From IMG/VR virus record IMGVR_UViG_3300017824_001452: a stretch of DNA of 64,000 nt, one strand, 5' to 3'. This DNA comes from a virus. Shown piece after piece: positions 48,440 to 58,374 of this stretch (position 1 is its first letter; each line of letters starts with the position of its first letter). The translations under genes were made by a program, and so were the position numbers. The notes under the pieces were generated by a model, which was not told the origin of the DNA, did not search any database, and saw nothing but the letters and a program-made list of their open reading frames with translations.

Positions 48440-49128
48440 TGATAACACAAAAATATCCATACCAAGAACTAAAAAAGAAAAACTTTGATGGTTCACGTAA
48501 ATATCTTACACCAGACGGAGGTAAACTTCCTAGTGTAACGACTATCTTATCTGCTACACAATCTGAAGAAAAGAAAAAATCATTACAAGAATGGCGTAAC
48601 AGAGTTGGACATAAAAAAGCACAAGAGATCACTACTGAAGCCGCAGGACGCGGAACACGTATGCATAAATGGTTAGAAAACTATGTGTTAAGTGACACTG
48701 GAGACATGGGGCAATACGGATCTAATCCATACAGCAAACAAAGTCATATTATGGCACAAGAAATTGTTGACAAAGGTCTAGTAAACTGTGAAGAATTTTG
48801 GGGAACTGAAGTTACATTATACTATCCTGAAATCTATGCAGGTACAACTGACTTAGTTGGTTTGCATAAAGGTGATGAAGCAATCATGGATCACAAGCAA
48901 ACGAATAGACCCAAGAAACGTGAATGGATTGATGATTATTTTATTCAGTTAGCCGCATATGCAGATGCACACAACATCTTATATGGCACAAAGATTAAGA
49001 AAGGTGTCGTGTTTATGTGTAGCAAAGACTATGAATACCAAGAGTTCATCGTAGAAGGCAATGAGTTCGATAAGTATCATCAACAATGGCTAAAGAAGTT
49101 AGAAGAATACTACACTAAGTACATCTGA
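48439..49128 (+). CDS. PD-(D/E)XK exonuclease (Cas4/RecB-like phage exonuclease)
   Basis: 'LPSVTTIL', 'RGT.MH', 'E..LY...YAGT.D', 'D.K', 'QLAAY'. Confidence 0.85.
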   Translation: MITQKYPYQELKKKNFDGSRKYLTPDGGKLPSVTTILSATQSEEKKKSLQEWRNRVGHKKAQEITTEAAGRGTRMHKWLENYVLSDTGDMGQYGSNPYSKQSHIMAQEIVDKGLVNCEEFWGTEVTLYYPEIYAGTTDLVGLHKGDEAIMDHKQTNRPKKREWIDDYFIQLAAYADAHNILYGTKIKKGVVFMCSKDYEYQEFIVEGNEFDKYHQQWLKKLEEYYTKYI

Positions 49129-49192
49129 TAAAATGCCACATTGATTTAAAATCAATGATAAATAAGTATAATCAAAGGAAAAGATTAGACTT

Positions 49193-52100
49193 ATGAGCAT
49201 TATACAAATCTCTAAAATTCAACAAAGGGCTGGTAACCTAGTTGATTTACCACAATTAGACGAAGCAGAAATCGGTTTTGCCAGTGATGCAAAAAGAGTC
49301 TTTATAGGTAAAACTACTAGTGGATTAGAAAATATTGAAGTTTTAACTTCATACTCTGATATTACATTCAGTCAAATCGACGGATCAGTCGGTAACTTAA
49401 ACATATCAAATAGTACAGTTGCAGACGGACAAGTCTTAGCATTTGACGGCAATAACTGGGTCAATAGAGGCGGAGACGCCGGAGGATTAGTTGATCTAGG
49501 AGAGATTAGTAATGTTGCTATAGACGGCGGCTCAGTTGGCTATACAATCGAAACAGATGGTCTAGGTAATTTATCTTGGACACCTAAAGGAACAATTACA
49601 GCATACATCGAAAATGTATCAAAAGCAAACCCAGGTGAAGTTACTTCAACTGTAGAAAACTTTTTAACAGACGGACAAGAAGTTACAATTACAGATGCTG
49701 TAGGTATGACAGAATTAAACGGCGGCACATATTATGCTAACGTTCAATCTTCAACTACGTTTACATTATACTCTGACACAAATTTATTGACACCAGTAGA
49801 CACTTCTGCATTTACTGAGTATGCTTTTTCAAGTGTTGCATCATCAAATACAGTAACTAAAAGAGTTACAATTGGCGATTCATCAGTATTTTCTGTAAAT
49901 GATCCTGTAAGATTCACTGGTGATATGGATAGTGGATCTACATTAATAAACACTGGAACCACTTATTATATTAATGCAATACCCTCAGGCACAACTATTG
50001 TACTTTCTGATACAATCTATGCAAATGGTGTTGCAGGACCTGAAAAACCTATCGGTACAGCAACAGGTTTAACAGCAAACGTATTCGGTTATGGTGGTAG
50101 AGCAATCGCATCAACAGGTGGCGGTGGCACATCAGCGGCTCAAGGCAGTAACACAAGTGTACAATATAATAACTCGGGTGTTATTGATGGTGACGGAGAT
50201 TTTGTTTGGGATTTTAGTTCAAATAAAACTTTAACTGTTAATGGTAATGCAAATGTAGGGAACTTAAATGCTACAAATTCAGTAGTAGCATCCAGACTAT
50301 TTTCAAACGTAGCAACAGGTACGACACCTATTGTCGTAGACTCTACAACACGTGTAGCAAATTTAAATGTTGATTATGCTAACGTAGCAGACAACAGTGT
50401 AGTAGGCAATCTTACTACAGGAAATTACTTCCCAGCATTAGTATCTACTTCTGCAACAGGTAATAAACCACTGAATGTAAGTGGTAGTTATACATTTGAT
50501 ACTGCTAACGCAAAATTCGTAGCAGGTAATGTTGAAGCAACATATGATGTATCAGGTTCAACATTAACCGGTGTTTTAACAACAGCCGCACAACCAAACG
50601 TTACAAGTGTTGGTACTCTTACAAGTTTAGAAGTAGCAGGAGACATTACTCCTGATGCAAACATAGCATATGATTTAGGAAACAATACAAATAGATTTAG
50701 AGATTTATATCTATCAGGATCGTCTATCACATTAGGCTTCCAAGAAATTACATCAAACGCAACTCATACAACATTTACTAATAGAATAGCGGCAGAAACA
50801 TTCGTAGGTAACGTTGTTGGTATTTTATCAGGTGATGCAGGCAACATTTCAAATGTTCAAGGTGCAAACGTTGCAGGTGAAGTTAACTTTGCCGCAACTG
50901 CTAATACTGTTGCCGGAGCAAACGTAACAGGTACAGTACCTTTAGCCGCAATCGCAAGTACAGTTTCAGGTGCAGTACAATCAAACATTACTAGTGTTGG
51001 TACTTTAACATCATTAGATGTTTCAGGTAATTTAAGTGCTGGTAATATAACAGCAACTGGTGGAACGTTATCTGGTATTGCAGGTAATTTAACTACACTC
51101 ACAGTTTCAGGTGCATCTGATTTAGGTGATGTAAGCAATGTACAAATAGACGGCGGTACTGCAAATTATATTCTTAAAACAGACGGAGCAGGTAACTTAA
51201 GTTGGACTAACCCAGACGGTGGTTATTTCTTACATGAACAGACTGTAGCCGCAACTGTTTGGAATGTTAATCATGGTCTCAACAGAAGATATGTGGGTGT
51301 CGAAGCAATCGATGGCAGTGGCATTTCATACAACGGTCGTTATAACTATCCAACGATAGAATATGTAGATGCTAATAACCTTACAATGACATGGGACACT
51401 GCTTTGTCAGGTTATGCGGCAATTACAGGTGGTGGCACTAACATTAACAGTGTAATGGTTGCGCCAGCAACTACCCCAGCAGGTGTTGACACACAAGTTC
51501 AATTTAACGATGCTGGATCATTAGCAGGCAACAATGGTCTCACATTTGATAAGTCTACAGGTACATTAACTGCAACTGTATTAGAAGGCCCTCTAGCAAC
51601 AGCATCACAACCAAACATTACTAGTGTTGGCACACTTAATGGTTTAGAAGTATCAGGCAACATTACTCCTGATGCTAATGTTACATACGACTTAGGTAAT
51701 AACACAAATAGATTTAATGATTTATATTTGTCTGGAACTACAATTTATGTTGGTGATCAGCAAATTACATCTAATGCTTCTGGCATATCATTTACTGGAG
51801 AGACAACATCATCTAATATTAGATTGACTGGTAATATCCAAGCCGCAACTAGTAATTTGTTTGTAACAGGTGAGCAAGGTGGTGCAAACGGTTACGTACA
51901 CCACGATTTTGTTAACAACAAACATTCATTCGTAGGTATTAACAGTGGTTTAGGACCAGTAAGTGCAACGGTAGAAACAGAATACTTTGATGCACTGATA
52001 GATACTGATGGTATTGTACCGGGTATGCCTGGTAAGATGCGTTTAAAAATGGATGGTCTACAAAGTTATGATTTAGATGGCACTACAGAAAACGCATACC

Positions 52101-53353
52101 TTAAATTAAATCAGTCAAGTAGTAATTTACTTACTCCGGGACCCACATGGACTGCTAGTCACCCATCATCAACACCTACTCATATCGTAGCAACAGGTAA
52201 TATTGTTGGTAATTATGGTCATTTTGAACAAGACATGTCAGCAGAAAGTATTTCGGCTACCTATGCAAATATTGACGGTGGAACAGATATCACTGGTAAC
52301 TTAAATGCTGGAAACATTACTACTGCAAATATTGTTACTCAAGCCGCAACTATTAATGGCAACGCAACTGTAGTTGCAAACTTAAGAGTCGATGGCACTA
52401 TTATTGTTGAAAATGATATTAATCTTGGTGTCGATAATCTTACTCAATTTACAGGTAATCTTGTAGGTCTTGATACACCGGGTACTGCAACTGTTGACCT
52501 CAATGTTACGGGCGGCGCATCACCAGGCTCAAGTATTACGTTAGTCGGAGGAACGTCTGGTGGTATAGTAGGAGATACAGAATTTAAAGCAACTGGTGGT
52601 AAATTTACAGCAACTTGGAACAATAGTTATTCCCCTGCTGTAGGCACTCCAACTCTTACAGAGTTAACAAGTCTAGGACTACAAGGCTCAGCAGGACCCG
52701 CTAATGTATATGATGCTTTCCAATTAAATAATCAAGCAACATCAAATACTACTCCCGGTAATGTTTGGTCTGCATTTCAAAAAGGTGGCACAGAAGAAGT
52801 ACATATTTCTGCAACAGGTAACATAGTAGGTGCAGGCGGTATATTCAATGAAGTATTCACTGGAGAATTACATGCTGGAAATGACCCGGCAACATCTGAT
52901 GAAAATACAACCGCTTATATCAAAGGTAATTGGTTATTAAGTGGCGGTTCACGTTTACAAGCAACTTATGCTGACTTAGCAGAATACTACGAAGGTGAAG
53001 AAGTATACGAAGCAGGTACTGTTGTATCGTTTGGTGGCACTAAAGAAGTACACATTTCTAATGAAGTAGGTAGCAAACGAGTAGCAGGTGTCGTATCAAC
53101 TAATCCTGCATATATTATGAATGCAGAATGTCCTGGAGACAAAGTTGCTATTGCACTACAAGGTCGAGTACCATGTAAGGTTACAGGTACATGTGAAAAA
53201 GGTGACATAATGGTGGCAAATGGAGAAGGCGGTGCAACTGCTTGGTATCATGTTGTTACTATAATGCATCCTGGAATGACTATAGGTAAGGCTATCGAAG
53301 ACAAAGAAACTAATGAAGTATCTGTTATTGAGATAGCAGTCGGCCGTCTCTAA
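49193..53353 (+). CDS. Long tail fibre / receptor-binding protein
   Basis: Mtd-N-like 'IQ.R.G...LPQL..AEIG...D..RVFIG'; Gly/Asn/Thr-rich repeats (QPNxTSVGTL); C-terminal 'ADLAEYY..VAGVVSTNPA..ALQGRVPCKV' chaperone-like domain; late promoter at 49157-49164. Confidence 0.85.
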   Translation: MSIIQISKIQQRAGNLVDLPQLDEAEIGFASDAKRVFIGKTTSGLENIEVLTSYSDITFSQIDGSVGNLNISNSTVADGQVLAFDGNNWVNRGGDAGGLVDLGEISNVAIDGGSVGYTIETDGLGNLSWTPKGTITAYIENVSKANPGEVTSTVENFLTDGQEVTITDAVGMTELNGGTYYANVQSSTTFTLYSDTNLLTPVDTSAFTEYAFSSVASSNTVTKRVTIGDSSVFSVNDPVRFTGDMDSGSTLINTGTTYYINAIPSGTTIVLSDTIYANGVAGPEKPIGTATGLTANVFGYGGRAIASTGGGGTSAAQGSNTSVQYNNSGVIDGDGDFVWDFSSNKTLTVNGNANVGNLNATNSVVASRLFSNVATGTTPIVVDSTTRVANLNVDYANVADNSVVGNLTTGNYFPALVSTSATGNKPLNVSGSYTFDTANAKFVAGNVEATYDVSGSTLTGVLTTAAQPNVTSVGTLTSLEVAGDITPDANIAYDLGNNTNRFRDLYLSGSSITLGFQEITSNATHTTFTNRIAAETFVGNVVGILSGDAGNISNVQGANVAGEVNFAATANTVAGANVTGTVPLAAIASTVSGAVQSNITSVGTLTSLDVSGNLSAGNITATGGTLSGIAGNLTTLTVSGASDLGDVSNVQIDGGTANYILKTDGAGNLSWTNPDGGYFLHEQTVAATVWNVNHGLNRRYVGVEAIDGSGISYNGRYNYPTIEYVDANNLTMTWDTALSGYAAITGGGTNINSVMVAPATTPAGVDTQVQFNDAGSLAGNNGLTFDKSTGTLTATVLEGPLATASQPNITSVGTLNGLEVSGNITPDANVTYDLGNNTNRFNDLYLSGTTIYVGDQQITSNASGISFTGETTSSNIRLTGNIQAATSNLFVTGEQGGANGYVHHDFVNNKHSFVGINSGLGPVSATVETEYFDALIDTDGIVPGMPGKMRLKMDGLQSYDLDGTTENAYLKLNQSSSNLLTPGPTWTASHPSSTPTHIVATGNIVGNYGHFEQDMSAESISATYANIDGGTDITGNLNAGNITTANIVTQAATINGNATVVANLRVDGTIIVENDINLGVDNLTQFTGNLVGLDTPGTATVDLNVTGGASPGSSITLVGGTSGGIVGDTEFKATGGKFTATWNNSYSPAVGTPTLTELTSLGLQGSAGPANVYDAFQLNNQATSNTTPGNVWSAFQKGGTEEVHISATGNIVGAGGIFNEVFTGELHAGNDPATSDENTTAYIKGNWLLSGGSRLQATYADLAEYYEGEEVYEAGTVVSFGGTKEVHISNEVGSKRVAGVVSTNPAYIMNAECPGDKVAIALQGRVPCKVTGTCEKGDIMVANGEGGATAWYHVVTIMHPGMTIGKAIEDKETNEVSVIEIAVGRL

Positions 53354-53375
53354 TCCAACGTTTTTACGCAAAAAC

Positions 53376-53383
53376 TATAAATA
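53376..53383 (+). promoter_or_regulatory. Perfect T4 late promoter TATAAATA
   Basis: Exact match, in an intergenic region upstream of a structural-type gene. Confidence 0.75.
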
Positions 53384-53390
53384 CATATGA

Positions 53391-53460
53391 ATGTTCTTGT
53401 TTTGTAAGATAACATCAAACGAGACTTATGCGGTGCCCGCCGCGTAGACCTAGAACGTCA
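53391..53460 (+). ncRNA. Candidate structured 5' leader RNA
   Basis: GC-rich island; hairpin ttatgcgg-tgcccg-ccgcgtag; gttct/agaac and tcttgttt/aaacgaga complementarities. Confidence 0.45.
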
Positions 53461-53487
53461 CTCACTAATATTAAAGGAGATCAAAAA

Positions 53488-53940
53488 ATGGGACGACCAA
53501 TGAAAACATCGAAAAATTCTGATGTTGATACCACTTATAACAACCCGGCAGGTTTATCAAACACTTACCGTATTGTTGCTGGTAACACAACTCAGACAGG
53601 GCCTCAAACTGTATGTAGATGCAAAGTAGGCTCTAACATAGAAGGCGACGGCTTTATTATCAGACAAAAAGGTGCTAGAAAGTATCTTGTTGATGATGGT
53701 TCCGGAAACCAAGGTATTTGTACTTTAGCGGATTCGGCTGATGGTGCATTAGCAGACAACACTATGACTGTTACTGTAACTTTAGACGATCTAAGTACTG
53801 TAAGATTAGAAAGAATTAAAGGATCAGGACGTGCATTAGACTTTTCTGGCAACCCTTACATCATATCTTTCAATACAGCATATCCTGCAGATACATACGG
53901 TGGTCAACCTTACCCGATTGTAACAGTTGAATCTTTATAA
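53488..53940 (+). CDS. Conserved 'MGRP' virion-type protein
   Basis: Likely start ATG 53488 after aaggaga (track start 53428); 'G.IIRQKG.RKYLV.D' motif. Confidence 0.65.
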   Translation: MGRPMKTSKNSDVDTTYNNPAGLSNTYRIVAGNTTQTGPQTVCRCKVGSNIEGDGFIIRQKGARKYLVDDGSGNQGICTLADSADGALADNTMTVTVTLDDLSTVRLERIKGSGRALDFSGNPYIISFNTAYPADTYGGQPYPIVTVESL

Positions 53941-53956
53941 TCTGAGGGGTTTATAA

Positions 53957-54286
53957 ATGGCACAGAGTAACGCACAAAAGCAATTACAACAGTACGACAC
54001 TGATATTGCGGTTCTCAAAGTCGAATTTAAAAACTTGGATGAAAAGTTTGATACTGCATTAAATGATGTTAAACATGATATTAAAGAATGTGAAACATTA
54101 ATTAAAGAAGGCACGGCATCAACTCACAAACTCTTAACTGACTTCCAAAAGTCAAACCAAGAGTCACACGACAATATGGCGCAAAAAATTACTGCGTTAG
54201 AACGTTGGAGATGGATGCTTATCGGAGCAGGTATGGTGGCAGGAACTCTAGGCTATTCAGTCATTGAGTTTTGGATGTCGCACTAA
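53957..54286 (+). CDS. Coiled-coil protein with C-terminal TM helix (XhlA/holin-like)
   Basis: Heptad region followed by 'LERWRWMLIGAGMVAGTLG'. Confidence 0.65.
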   Translation: MAQSNAQKQLQQYDTDIAVLKVEFKNLDEKFDTALNDVKHDIKECETLIKEGTASTHKLLTDFQKSNQESHDNMAQKITALERWRWMLIGAGMVAGTLGYSVIEFWMSH

Positions 54287-54303
54287 ATTTTAGTTATTTA
54301 GGT

Positions 54304-54333
54304 AAGAAAGGGTGCTAGTCGCCCTTTCTTTTT
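54304..54333 (+). terminator. Intrinsic terminator
   Basis: aagaaagggtg-ctagt-cgccctttctt-ttt. Confidence 0.8.
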
Positions 54334-54454
54334 GGGTATGTAGCCTTCAGGCTACATAAAACCGCATAACGTAGCCTGTGAGCAACGTTATTTGAAGACA
54401 TCTAAAGACACTACTATATGTTTTGTGGCGTCTTAGAACGTCTCTGAGGGCTTT

Positions 54455-54871
54455 CTATAAGTTCTTTAGACTAGATAACTTGTCTACTACGTTATCGATA
54501 TTGATTGTAGAGAATAATCCGGGGTGTAGAGGTTTTGGGTATTTGTCACCACCTACCCAAGCATACCCACAATGTTCGTCATTAAGAATTGGGGAAAATT
54601 CTTTTTCAATCTCACAAAAAAAGGTGTGATATGCAAATGTATTATTGACGAATTTTTGGATAGGAACTAATTTAAAATCATCGTCCCAATGTGAGATTTC
54701 TTCTAAACATTCTCTTTTTAATCCTGCTAATAAAGTTTCATTCTTTTCAATCTTGCCCCCTGGTATAGACCATGTAGGGTTTTTAGATTCATTTCTTAAA
54801 AGATATAGAGATCGTTTGGTAGATTTACAATAAAAGAAAATACCAGCAGATTGATTTATAATAATCGCCAT
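54455..54871 (-). CDS. NUDIX hydrolase
   Basis: Nudix box 'PGGKIEKNET..AGLKRECLEEI'; 'EH..YAW'. Confidence 0.88.
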   Translation of the reverse strand: MAIIINQSAGIFFYCKSTKRSLYLLRNESKNPTWSIPGGKIEKNETLLAGLKRECLEEISHWDDDFKLVPIQKFVNNTFAYHTFFCEIEKEFSPILNDEHCGYAWVGGDKYPKPLHPGLFSTINIDNVVDKLSSLKNL

Positions 54872-54901
54872 ACAATTATTTAGTAGGTGACAAGGTACCT
54901 C

Positions 54902-56497
54902 TTAAATAACTATACTGTAATCGCCTTCGTTGTAATAACCTTCGTAAGACTTCATCCATTGTGCAGGCAAACCGGGCTGAGTTGAATCAGAAGGTGTAGC
55001 CGCCCAACGATATTGAATTTCTGTAGTTAAGTTAGTTACATATTCAAGTTCATCTTCATTGATGACAGAATCAAACGCAACAAACCAAGTCATAATGTCT
55101 GCGTTAAATTGTATAATGTCATTTGCTTTTGCTTCTACTACAGTGTATACAGTACCTGTGCCTTCTGGTTGTACATTATTCATTGTGAACTGGGTGCCTA
55201 TATTATTATTCGGAGCACCATAGTATCTAAAATCAGTTGTACCTATAGTAGCAATTTGATACAGTGTACCAGGGGTCATTGTTGTTGCAACTTGAGATTC
55301 AGGTAACGTTGATGTACCTGTCTGACTACCTATAATTGTTCCCCATGATGAAGTTTGATAACCTATGTCTTGTGTTAACAAATATCTCACATTAGGAATA
55401 GGCCCGGGGAGTCCGTTGTTTGGTCCTGATACTTGAGGATTAATAACTGATGTTACAGGGTCTAATGTATTCTGTGGTAATGTATCTTCATCGACATTAT
55501 AAATTAGATAACGATCATCAAGAGGATCAATAACAATTGTACCCATAATCTCTGTATCCATATATGGATTTTGTAATGCAACTTGTGAAATACCTCCTCG
55601 GTATGCACCATACATGTTTAAGATAGATGACCAATACAAGTCAGTGTCTGGATTAACTGGCTTATCTAATGAGAAGTTAGAAGGTTGATCTGGTTGATCT
55701 TGCGGTAATAACTGTAATGAATTACCTATGAATAATACTTGATAACCATATGGAGATATCTTTTGTCTTGTACCTAATAACAGGTCATCATCTTTCATAT
55801 CTTCTTGTGTTTTACCTTCAAAGATAGAAGTGATAATCTTGTTAATAACACCATACTTTTTAAGTTTGGCAGATGTCGTTAACCACATGGGTAAGTAGAA
55901 TTTCCATGACATAACATCAATAGGATTACCTGTACCTTGTGGTATAGTACGAGATGAGAATGTAAGTCCATCCTGATATACAACTGTTAAAGATGTCCAG
56001 TCAATAAAGTTATCAGTATTTTGAATTTCTAATGACGGATTGAATAATGTTCCTAATTGTTCAATCAATTCTAATTTTTGTTGATAGTTAGTCGTCCAAA
56101 AGTCTACTTGTAATCTAAGTGTGTATGGAACTGGCATTAACTTTTCAACAGTAAATGCTTGACCCTGTGTCTCTCCGTAAGCGGCTGTAGTAGGATCATA
56201 ATCTCTTTGACGTACATTTTGTTTCTCTACAAAGTAAGGCTCTTGTGTACGTCTTTGATCATACTCTAATCCATTAATAAAATAAGTTATCAAAGGTGCA
56301 GAAGGTAAATTACTTGCAGAGTTGTTTGCAATAATTGTTGATGCTTGTCTACTTGCATCTCCATATTGGATAGGTACTCTAACGAGTATAGGATTGCCGT
56401 TAGGATCAGTACCTGAAGTCACATACCAGTTGCTAAAAATTTTAGCAAACTGTAGTAAAAATCTTCTTATTTGATTGTCGTAAAAATATTGTGCCAT
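54902..56497 (-). CDS. Tail completion/sheath stabiliser (gp15-like) with C-terminal extension
   Basis: 'YFYD.QIRR.L.QF..IFSN..VPIQYG', 'PVPYTL...DFWT..QQKLELIEQ...FNPS'. Confidence 0.75.
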   Translation of the reverse strand: MAQYFYDNQIRRFLLQFAKIFSNWYVTSGTDPNGNPILVRVPIQYGDASRQASTIIANNSASNLPSAPLITYFINGLEYDQRRTQEPYFVEKQNVRQRDYDPTTAAYGETQGQAFTVEKLMPVPYTLRLQVDFWTTNYQQKLELIEQLGTLFNPSLEIQNTDNFIDWTSLTVVYQDGLTFSSRTIPQGTGNPIDVMSWKFYLPMWLTTSAKLKKYGVINKIITSIFEGKTQEDMKDDDLLLGTRQKISPYGYQVLFIGNSLQLLPQDQPDQPSNFSLDKPVNPDTDLYWSSILNMYGAYRGGISQVALQNPYMDTEIMGTIVIDPLDDRYLIYNVDEDTLPQNTLDPVTSVINPQVSGPNNGLPGPIPNVRYLLTQDIGYQTSSWGTIIGSQTGTSTLPESQVATTMTPGTLYQIATIGTTDFRYYGAPNNNIGTQFTMNNVQPEGTGTVYTVVEAKANDIIQFNADIMTWFVAFDSVINEDELEYVTNLTTEIQYRWAATPSDSTQPGLPAQWMKSYEGYYNEGDYSIVI

Positions 56498-58254
56498 TAT
56501 GTTCCGTCACTTGGTGGATTGTCATCTGGTTCCAAATCTAAGATACCACTTAGTCCTTGAGCAGATGGTACGTTTGCTTCATCGTTGTTACTATATATCG
56601 TATCATCATTATTAATGAATCCAGATAATTGTGATGTGTCATCACTAGTAAAGCCTGTAGACGTTCTTACATCTTCACTGACTCTTAACCATAAAGTACC
56701 GTTCCAACGATATAACACATTAGGTGTATAATCTATACGTAAGAAATAATCTCCAACTTGTGGACTTTGCGGGAACGAAATACCTGCACCTGCTGGGAGT
56801 CCATTAGGGGGAGCACCTTCTCCTGTTAAGTAACCTGATGTATAACCAAAGTCACGAGGAGTATATCTTGCTATGTATTGAAAACGAGGATCACAATCAG
56901 CACGATAGTCCATTGTATTTGGACCATATGGTTCTGTACCTGTAAAGCCTGGTTGAGTAGGATCCTGATCTGCTGTTGCGTAAGTGTTATCAGCAGTACC
57001 ATATGGACCTGTTACAGGACCACTTATATTAACTGTTAATAATTTTGTGCCTTCCATCTGACCTGAGCCAGTTGATGACATTTCTGGTGCTTCAACTGCA
57101 ATGGATAAGTTTGCTTGTACAAACTTTGCTATCATTGCTTCTAAGTCTATATCTTGTTCACCATGTTTGGCTTGCATTACGTCAATGACTTCTTTTGGTA
57201 TTCTTATACCAGTAGATTCATATTTGTATTTGTCACTTTTCATAGTAATGACTTCACCAGTAGCAGTTAATGGGCTATTACCGGGCATCCATGAACGTAC
57301 ATCGACAGGAGGTGCGGGTTGATTTTCTTTGTCAGATGGTACACCGTTTGCTTCAAAGATACCATAGCCAGGTACGACATATAAATTAGATGTATCATAC
57401 CCGGCCTTCGGTACAATACGTGCGGCTTCTTTTAAATTAGCATCATTGATTCTAATATTTTCATTATATCGACCTAGAACATCTTTAAGTGTTTTACCTG
57501 TATCCAGTTCCCAGTACGGATCCGGATCAGTATCACCGGGTTTTGTTCCTGCAGGTACTTCTTGTAATGCAATATAATTTTTGTCACCAAATGTCATTGT
57601 ATACCCTGCAGGGTATGTTTTGTTTTTATCCCAATCACCTAAGTAATTGTCTTTGTCAGTTGGTTGACGCAAGATATCCTGAAACTCTTGGCTATCTACT
57701 AATTTTTCACATTTGATACGCCATAGATGAGGGTACCATGTTTGTGAAAAACCTTCACTGCCATAGTTAGCATCTGTAACTTGATAAAATCTTTTTAGTG
57801 CTACTGGAAATTCTGTAGCATCATCGTTTAATGGATTGTAATCTAGTAAGTGAGGTAATTCGATAACATCACCTACCATTAACTTTCTGCCTATGATATC
57901 GATCATGTCATTGTAATGAACATTAATAAAAATAGTATCATTACTTAAAAATAAACCAAACTGACTAAGATCAAAGTCTAAGTTTTGTACGTTATAATGG
58001 CCCCGTAATCGATAAATATCCTTTTCATATTTTCTGTCTCTGTTCTCTAAAAACAACAAATCTTGTATATTTGTTGGGTCTAAAGAACTATATTGAGGTT
58101 GTGTAAAATCAGCAGAAGGTCCTTGATCCATCGGGCCTGCATACTTATGGACATAGAGATCAGTACCGCCAACAGTCAACTGCTCAGAAATACTTCTGTC
58201 TAAAAAACGGTAATCGTTTTGTTTCTGTTCCCGGTATAAACTTAATCTTGGCAT
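56497..58254 (-). CDS. Neck/head-closure protein (gp14-like) with insertions
   Basis: 'DLSQFGLFL..DT.FI','GRKLMVGDVIELP'; co-transcribed with the gp15-like gene; GATAAATA-N5-ATG. Confidence 0.6.
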   Translation of the reverse strand: MPRLSLYREQKQNDYRFLDRSISEQLTVGGTDLYVHKYAGPMDQGPSADFTQPQYSSLDPTNIQDLLFLENRDRKYEKDIYRLRGHYNVQNLDFDLSQFGLFLSNDTIFINVHYNDMIDIIGRKLMVGDVIELPHLLDYNPLNDDATEFPVALKRFYQVTDANYGSEGFSQTWYPHLWRIKCEKLVDSQEFQDILRQPTDKDNYLGDWDKNKTYPAGYTMTFGDKNYIALQEVPAGTKPGDTDPDPYWELDTGKTLKDVLGRYNENIRINDANLKEAARIVPKAGYDTSNLYVVPGYGIFEANGVPSDKENQPAPPVDVRSWMPGNSPLTATGEVITMKSDKYKYESTGIRIPKEVIDVMQAKHGEQDIDLEAMIAKFVQANLSIAVEAPEMSSTGSGQMEGTKLLTVNISGPVTGPYGTADNTYATADQDPTQPGFTGTEPYGPNTMDYRADCDPRFQYIARYTPRDFGYTSGYLTGEGAPPNGLPAGAGISFPQSPQVGDYFLRIDYTPNVLYRWNGTLWLRVSEDVRTSTGFTSDDTSQLSGFINNDDTIYSNNDEANVPSAQGLSGILDLEPDDNPPSDGT

Positions 58255-58304
58255 ATATATATTTATCTCAACACAATGAGACGCAGAATTTGGGTAAATA
58301 GAGG

Positions 58305-58333
58305 TTGAATTAAAAAATTATTTGATGTACAAT
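58305..58333 (+). promoter_or_regulatory. sigma70 promoter
   Basis: TTGAAT-17-TACAAT. Confidence 0.55.
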
Positions 58334-58374
58334 GCGAACACTAAGTATGAACATTCATTTCATTAAGGGACAAA

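Noticed and set aside
48439-49128. Cas4-like nuclease as part of a CRISPR-Cas locus
   Set aside because: No array or other cas genes; it lacks the Fe-S cysteines and is typical of stand-alone phage exonucleases
49600-49790. FCCH-like ('ubiquitin-activating E1') domain in the fibre as a partner for the ubiquitin-like protein
   Set aside because: This small beta domain is common in phage fibres and has no adenylation or catalytic role; it is not evidence of a conjugation pathway
49193-53353. Diversity-generating retroelement suggested by the Mtd-like N-terminus and duplicated segment
   Set aside because: No reverse transcriptase in the window; both copies are coding and differ largely at synonymous positions rather than specifically at adenines
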